Below, one piece after another: positions 22,608-60,138 of a stretch of 60,138 nucleotides of DNA. The DNA comes from Chiloscyllium plagiosum (Eukaryota). The DNA is taken from contig NC_057719.1 in NCBI RefSeq assembly GCF_004010195.1, positions 61,914,987 to 61,975,124 on the forward strand, in the 5' to 3' direction. Numbering within the stretch: position 1 is the first letter of the stretch; every line of letters begins with the position of its first letter. The notes beneath the pieces are model-generated. The model was not told the DNA's origin, ran no database searches, and worked only from the letters and a program-made list of their open reading frames with translations. Made by a program: the position numbers and the translations under genes.

Positions 22608-23664
22608 GATTATGATAAATATATCTTCCATACAGTTTTTAAAATCAGATTGTACACACATTGGGATCAACCCCTCTTGCCACATCATGCAAAGATCCAT
22701 TCCTTATTCTAGGACAGTCAAATGACGTTTGCGAAATGACATTGATAATCAGAACCTCCCTCAGTTTGGTCGTAATATTTTTCTTGAATTACTTGATGTT
22801 ATTGAGGATTTGTTCCCTTGATAGTTCAATAATGAGTGGTTTTGAGACATTTTGTGAGCTTTTAGTTTCAACTAGCTGTGTCGTACCAATATGTATGACT
22901 TTAAAACATGACCATGAGCATTTTCTAAAGAACTTCTGTTGAAAATTTGGATACTTGACCACAATTAAATTTAAACTCTTCAAAATACACAAGATTTTGT
23001 GCTTTATAGCTGGATGAATATCAATGGCATGTTGAAGATCTCCTACTTTTGAAAACTTTCCAATGGATGCTCTTGATAAAAAATTCGGAAGCAGTCCCTT
23101 CACCCCTCAAACACACAGTTAGGCCTTGCCCCAATTGTTGATATTCAGGCCTGCTTTCCTCCCTACTATTTGAGGTCATTTTACCCCATTTCTTCCTCCA
23201 CCACCACCACCACAATCACCGCCCCAGTACTCAGGCCCATCCTCTGTGCTCTCCCCACCAACACTGCCTTTCAAAATACAACCTCGTATGGAGTTTTCCC
23301 TGTTTGATTCCCCTATAAGTTGCATTTTGGACAACTTCTGAACTTTTGGCCAAATTCCTCCACCTTTCCAAAATATTCTCAGTGGTACTCAGTATCTGGT
23401 TGTCTTGTATACTGTTGTATTGATACATAGAAGTTAATTGCAGTCAGTAAACACCTCTCATTTCACATGACAAAGAGCAGTTAGTTTTCTTGATGCCAAA
23501 TATAAAATTAGATTTCTGTACAATCGTATGTCATTACGTTTTCTTGAGGTTATTTTTTTTTACTCAAAACGTGTTCTGTTTTAGCAGCTGTTTTCAGAAG
23601 TCTTGAACTTGCCTACTTGAACAAAAAAAAATTGGAAATGGATCTAAATTCCGTAGACCTAAAC

Positions 23665-54053
<30,389 letters not shown>

Positions 54054-54416
54054 CCGGTGCTCCTACTTCCTTAGCAACCAAACCCACAAAGTCCACGCAT
54101 TTTCTCTCGTCACTTCTTTAAACTTCCCGCACAGTGGGCCCGGCTGGTGGGATCAGCTCCCTCCTTCCAACGGCATCCCCTGTCCGTGACGTCACCGCGA
54201 CCGGAAACCGTCATCACGTCGGCATCTACCCATGGTTCTCAGAGGGGGCAAATTTGAAGGGGCCTTTCATGTGAGCCGTTTGTCTGAGAGTCGGGCGGCT
54301 CGCTCCTCAAGCGTTTCGCTGCAGCCGGCTGTAGCGTTTGGCGCCCTGGAGGTGCGTGGTCAAAGGAGTTGGGTGATTTATATTTTGTTTCGAGGGTGTC
54401 CGGGAGCTCCCTTTTA
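54054..54416. promoter_or_regulatory. CpG-rich bidirectional promoter region between NUBPL and the Myb/SANT gene
   Basis: Divergent ATGs 363 bp apart; high CpG density in a CpG-poor window; palindromic CRE GTGACGTCAC 54186-54195; ETS core CCGGAA 54201-54206; further ACTTCC cores near 54065 and 54122. Confidence 0.8.
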
Positions 54417-54945
54417 ATGATGTCAGAGGTGAGGTCTGAACGCGGTGCCCTGTGGTCTGATGCCGAGACCCTGGCGCTGATCGCCGTCTGGAGTGAGGAG
54501 AATGTGCAGACGGCGCTGGACGAGCAGCTCAGGAACAGTCACGTTTTCAAGTTCATCTCCTCGCAGCTGCTGGACCAGGGTTATATCCGCACTCCAGAGC
54601 AGTGCCGCATCCGCATCAAGGGGCTGAAGAGGAAATACACGCTGGCCAAGGACAGCATTAAGAGAGGCTGTAGCGCCAGCGGCAGGAAGATCTGTCGCTT
54701 CTACGAGCAGCTCGATGTTGTGCTCGGTTCCCGGATCGCCAATGAGCGGCCCATCTTTATGGACGCGATCGCGACAGCGGGAGAGTCGCAGGATATCAAA
54801 GAGGAGCAGAACAGTCCTCGTTCCGACATCAGTCAAAGGGTTGAATGCCGGAATGGCCATTGTTCTTCCGAGGAGCCTGAGCACTCGTTAGGAGAGACCA
54901 GCAACCGTCCATTTGAACCGCAACCCTCCACCAGTGCTTTCTGTA
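54417..54945 (+). CDS. First coding exon of a Myb/SANT-like (trihelix) DNA-binding domain protein, MSANTD/ZSCAN29-like
   Basis: Uninterrupted GC-rich ORF containing WSDAETLALIAVW...RNSHVFKFISSQL..QGYIRTPEQCRIRIKGLKRKY...CRFYEQLDVVLG. Strong donor A|GTAAGT at 54946, after which composition becomes AT-rich. Downstream exons were not found in the window. Confidence 0.88.
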
Positions 54946-55968
54946 GTAAGTCTTCTTTTTCCTTTTCAGTTGTACTTAACGTTGGTTCAAAACGTACAAA
55001 ATTGTCTTTCATAGAACACCCGAGAAATCTTGGAATGCCCGGATCATCTAACTGTCAAATAGCTCAAGTCGTCAAGCCACAGGCTGCAATTCTGCACAAT
55101 CAGTATGCGACAAGAAAATTCAACCCGACTAAATGTAAGCAATGGTCTATCTATACGCAAGTTGTGCGAAACTGCTTTCGGTTTATTGTAAAATTATGCA
55201 TTATCTCTGCATCTTCAAACTTTTACTACTCTCGAGTATAACCAATGTAACATACAGTCGCCTCGAAGAGTAAACCTATCCCACAGCGTAAATTCCGTAG
55301 CCGTGGTTCGGCGCCCTAATGTCTTTAGGAGTTCGGTGATCTAATCTGCAAATCTATTCATTGGCATTTGTAACGTGTTGACAGTTTGCTGTAAACCAGA
55401 GGATGGATTATCGCTTGGGGCATCAAACCTTAATCTTCCACTTCTTTCTCTCTTAACTCCCAAGATTCACTGGGTAAATTAGCTCTGCAGTTTTCAGTAT
55501 TTTGTAGTATTTATTTCCAAACTGTAATACTTAAGTTATGCAGAATCTATAAATTAGAGGAGTGAAAGTTCAATGAAGGTGAGTGTTTTTGGACGTTTAT
55601 TTAGTCCTGTTGTTATTAACTCTTGAATGATAATGTTTGGAAGAACACTGGAGCTTTCTGAGCAAATTAACAAGTTTATGGGCTTACAATGTACAATCCA
55701 TCTTTACATCATCTTTGAAGTAGGAGTATTCATGGCTGAAGTTTCTTTGTTCTTATGCTTTCCTGGTGCAAAAAGCTGAAATGATCTGGCAAAAGTCAGC
55801 AGAAGCAAGTTTCAGAAGTCTGCATGACTTGACAGTATGTCTTAATTTATCTGGACCTGATGTTCAATCCAGTCTCTGATATTACAGTAGTTTTACCTGC
55901 ACATGGCACAATGTTTGCTGTTACACTGCACACAGTGTAATTGTGTAATTGCTACAAGAGTGAAGACA

Positions 55969-58900
55969 AGTCATAGATATGTACAGCATGGAAACAGACC
56001 CTTTGGTCCAACCCATCTATGCTGACCCAACATATCCCAACCCAATCTAGTCCCACCTGCCAGCACCCAGCCCATATCCCTCTAAACCCTTCCTATTCAT
56101 ATACACATCCAAAAACCTTTTAAATGTTGCAATTGTACCAGCTTCCACCACTTACTCGGGCAGCTCACTCCATACATGTACCAACTTCTGTGTGAAAAAG
56201 TTGCCCCTTAAGTCTCTTTTATATCTTTCCCCTCTCACCCTAAACCTATACCCTCGAGTTCTGGACTCCCCCAGTCAAGAGAAAAGCCGTTGTCTATTTA
56301 TCCTATCCATGCCCCTCATGATTTGATAAACCTCTATAAGGTCACCCCTCAGTCTTCGACGCTCTAAGGAAAACAGGTCCAGCCTATTCAACCATTCCTG
56401 ATAGCTCAAATCCTGCAACCCTGGCAACATCCATGTCAATCTTTTCTGAACTCTTTCAAGTTTCACAACGTCCTTCTGATAGGAAGAGACCAGAATTGCA
56501 CACAATATTCCAAAAGTGGCTGAACCAATGTCCTATATAGCTGCAACATGACCTCACAACTCCTGTACTCAATACTCTGACTGATAAAGGAAAGCATATC
56601 AAACGCCTTCTTCACTATCCTATCTACCTGCGACTAATTCCAAGGAGCAATGAGCCTGCACTCCAAGGTCTCTTTGTTCAGCAACATTCCCTAGGACCTT
56701 ACCATTAAGTGTTTGAGTCTTGCTAAGATTTGCTTTTCCAAAATGCAGCACCTCGCATTTACCTGAATTAAACTCCATCTGATAAGGATCCTGTTGTAAT
56801 CTGAGGTAACCTTCTTTGCTGTCCACCACACCTCCAATTTTGGTGTCATCTGCAAACTTAGCAACCATACCTCTTATGCTCGCATCCAAGTCATTTATAT
56901 AAATGACAAAACTTAGAGGAGCCAGCACCGATCCTTGTAGCACTCCACTGCTCACAGGCCTCTAGTCTGAAAAACAACCCTCCCCCACCACCTTCTGTCT
57001 TCTACCTTTGAGCCAGTTCTGTATCCAAATGGCAAGTTCTCCCGGTATTCCATGAGATCTAACCTTGCTAACAAGTCTCCCATGGGGAAACTTGTCGAAT
57101 ACCTTTCTGAAGTCCATATAGATCACATCTACTGCTCTGCCCTCATCAATCCTCTTGGTTACTTATTCAAAAAACTCAATCAAGTTTGTGAGACATGATT
57201 TTCCATGCACAAAGCCATTTTAACTCTCCCCAATCAGTCCTTGCCTTTCCAAATACATGGAATCCTGAGGGACAGGATGTACCTCTGACAACTTGCCCAC
57301 CACCAACGTCAGGCTCACTGGTCCATAGTTCCCTGGCTTGTCCTTACCACCTTTCTTAAACAGTGGCACCACATTAGCCAACCTCCAGTCTTCCAGTACC
57401 TGACCTGTGACTATTCATGACACACAAATATCTCGGCAAGAGGCCCAGCAATCACTTCTCTAGCTTCCCACAGAGTTCTAGGGTACTGGGGATTTATCCA
57501 TCTTTATGCATTTCAAGATCTCCAGCACTTCCTCCTTTGTAATCTGGCCTTTTTCAAGGTGTCACCATCTATTTCCCTACATTCTATATCTTCCATATTT
57601 TTTCCACAGTAAATACTGATGCAAAATACTCGTTTAATGTCTCCCCCATTTTCTACGGCTCCACACAAAGGCCGCCTTGCTGATCTTTGAGGGGTCCTAT
57701 TCTCTCCCTAGTTACCTTTTTTGTCCTTCATGTATTTGTGAAAACCCTTTAGATTCTGCTTCATTCTTTTTGCCAAAGCTCTCTCATGTCCCCTTTTTGC
57801 CCTCCTGATTTCCATCTTAAGTATACTCCTACTGCCTTTATACTCTTCTAAGGATTCACTTGATGTACCCTGTCTATACCTGACATATGCTTCCTTCTTT
57901 TTCTTAACCAAACCCTCAATTTCTTTGGTCATCCAAACCTACCAGCCTTTCCTTTCATCATAACAGGAATATACTGTCTCTGGACCCTCGTTATCTCATT
58001 TCTGAAGTCTTCCCCTTTTCCAGCCGTCCCTTTACTTGCGAACATCTGTCCCCAATCAGCTTTTGACAGCTCTTGCCGCTAATACTGTCAAAATTGGCCT
58101 TTCTCCAATTTAGAACTTTAACTTTTAGATCTGGTCTATCCTTTTCCATCACTAATTTAAATTGAATAGACTTATGGTGACTGGCCCCAAAGTGCTCCCC
58201 CACTGACACCTCAGTCACCTGCCCTGCCTAATTTGCCAAGAGTAGGTCAAGTTTTGCACCTTCTCCAGTAGGTACATCCACATGCTGAATCAGAAAATTT
58301 TCTTGTAAGCACTTAACAAATTCCTCTCCACCTACACCCTTAACACTATGGCAGTCCCAGTCTATGTTTGGAAAGTAAAAATCTCCTACCATAACCACAC
58401 TATTATTCTTACAGATAGCTGAGATCTCCTTACACGTTTGTTTCTCAATTTCCCTCTGACTATTATGGGGTCTACAATTCAATGCCAATAAAGTGATCAT
58501 CCCTTTCTTGTTTCTCAGTTCCACCCAAATAACTTCCCTGGATGTATTTCTGGGAATATCCTCCCTCAGTACACTTCTAATGCTATCCCTTGTCAAAAAT
58601 GCCACTCCCCCTCCTCTCTTGCCTCCCTTTCTGTCCTTCCTGCAGCATTTGTATTCTGAAACATTAAGCTGCCAGTCCTGTCCATCCCTGAGCCACGTCA
58701 CTGTAATTGCTATAAAAGCCCAGTCCCATGTTCCTAACCATGCCCTGAGTTCATCTGCCTTCCCTGTTGGGCCCCTTGCATTGAAATAAATGCAGTTTAA
58801 TTTATCAGTCCTACCTTGTTCTCTGCTTTGTCCCTGCCTGCCCTGACTGTTTGACTCACTTCTGTTCTCAACTGTACCAGTCTCAGATTGATCTCTTTCC

Positions 58901-59880
58901 TCACCATCTCCCTGGGTCCACTCCCCATCCCCCCACCTTAATAGTTTAAATCCTCCGGAGCATCTCCAGCAAATCTACCTTTCAGTATATTAGACCCCTT
59001 CCAATTCAGGTGAAATCTATCCTCATCGTACAGGTCACTTCCACACTAGAAGAGAATCCAATGATCGAAAAATGTGAATCCTTCTCGCATACTGCAGCTC
59101 CTCAGCCATGCATTCATCTGCTCTATTCTCCTATTCCTGCCCTCACTAGCTCACAGCACTGGGAGTAATCCAGATATTACTACTCTCGAGGATCTCCTTT
59201 TTAAATTCCTGCCGAGCTCTCTATATTCTCCATTCAGAATCTCATCCTTTTACCTTCCTATGTCATTGGCTGCAATGTGTACAATGACCTCCTGCTGGTC
59301 CCTCTTTCCCCTTGAGAACATTCTGCACCCTCTCTTGAGACATCATTGATCCTGGCACCTGGGAGGCAACACACCATTCTGATTTTTCGCTGCTGGCCAC
59401 AGAAACGTCTATCTGTGCCTCTGACTCGAAAGAAACACAATTGATCTCTTGGAACCCAACGTACCCCTCATTGCATTAGAACCAGTATCAATCCCAGAAA
59501 CTTGGCTGCTCTTGCTACATTCCCCTGACAATCCCGACATTTTGCAAAATAGCATACCTGTTCGAAATGAGGATAGCCACAGAAGACTCCTGCACTACCT
59601 GTCTACCTCTCTTACCTTTCCTGGAATTCACCCATCTGTGTGACTGTACCTGCAACTTTTATCCATTTCTGTAACTGCTGTCCCCTTGCTTTTGTAAATT
59701 CCTCATTGCCTCTAACTGTCTCTGCAACCGATCCTTTCGATCTGATAGGATTCGCGGCCAACGGGATTTATTGCAGGTATCATCCTCAGTAACACGTAAA
59801 CTCTCCCTGAACTCCCACATCCAACAAGAAGCGCATATCACTCTAGTAAAGGCCATTCTTTGCTTCATCCAATCTACAGA
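55969..59880 (-). mobile_element. Near full-length, decayed CR1-type LINE (ORF1 zinc finger/esterase, ORF2 APE and RT), antisense in the presumed first intron of the Myb/SANT gene
   Basis: ORF1 remnants CASCWMWE and VRGTDRRFCG...VCCLPGARINDVS; APE remnants TWL, RKDRKGGKRGGGVA, MVGDFYFPNIDW, LDLLL; RT remnants QGSVLAP and KFADDTK; CR1 3' tail at 55969-56010. Confidence 0.93.
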
Positions 59881-59881
59881 C

Positions 59882-60138
59882 CCTTCCTTCCTTCCTTCCT
59901 TCCTTCCTTTCTCTCGCTCTTTCTTTCTCTCACGCTCTCTCTTTCGCTCTCGCTCTCCCTTCCTCTCTTTCGTTCTCGCTCTCTCTTCCTTCCTCTCTTT
60001 CGCTCTCGCTCACTCTTCCTTCCTCTCTCTCGCTCTCTCTTTCTCCCTCTCTTTTGCTCTCTCTTCCTTCCTCTTCCTCCCTCTCTTTCGCTCTCTCTTC
60101 CTTTCTCTTCCTCCCCCTCTTTCGCTCTCTCTTCCTTC
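59882..60138 (+). repeat. Polypyrimidine low-complexity repeat, (CTTC)n and (CT)n with TTCGCTCTC units
   Basis: Visible directly; runs off the window end. Confidence 0.97.

Noticed and set aside
22661..23428. Cluster of 64-104 aa ORFs downstream of the NUBPL stop
   Set aside because: No recognisable motifs or splice structure; it falls within the probable NUBPL 3'UTR.
54946..55241. Read-through extension making the Myb/SANT ORF a single-exon 274-290 aa gene
   Set aside because: A consensus GTAAGT donor and a shift to AT-rich, pyrimidine-tract sequence indicate intron; an intron-retained isoform cannot be excluded.
55544..55584. Possible second exon of the Myb gene ending at the strong donor AAG|GTGAGT (55579)
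   Set aside because: The nearby acceptors I tested give a stop codon in the required phase 1; it could only be non-coding or a poison exon.

Overview
Eukaryotic, repeat-rich vertebrate DNA, very probably from a shark or other elasmobranch (HE1-type V-SINEs, CR1 LINEs, Penelope elements). Two host genes are supported. (1) A complete 11-exon NUBPL (Ind1, mitochondrial complex I Fe-S assembly P-loop NTPase) on the - strand, ATG 54053 to TAA 23665, 954 nt and 317 aa, all introns GT-AG. (2) Head-to-head with it, 363 bp away across a CpG-rich CRE/ETS promoter, the first coding exon of a Myb/SANT-like (trihelix, MSANTD/ZSCAN29-type) DNA-binding protein gene on the + strand. The rest is transposon-derived: a decayed Tx1-clade LINE whose 3' end repeatedly abuts the same LTR-like sequence, CR1 LINEs (one near full length), SINEs, Harbinger transposase and Gypsy integrase remnants, and many Penelope-like elements. 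The main non-annotated signal is a set of 13 minimal hammerhead-ribozyme motifs in four sequence families carried by the Penelope termini. Several lie sense inside NUBPL intron 4, two of them in tandem. There are two assembly gaps (9972-10471, 42417-42831). Repeat boundaries are approximate and all family assignments were made by eye, without database searches.
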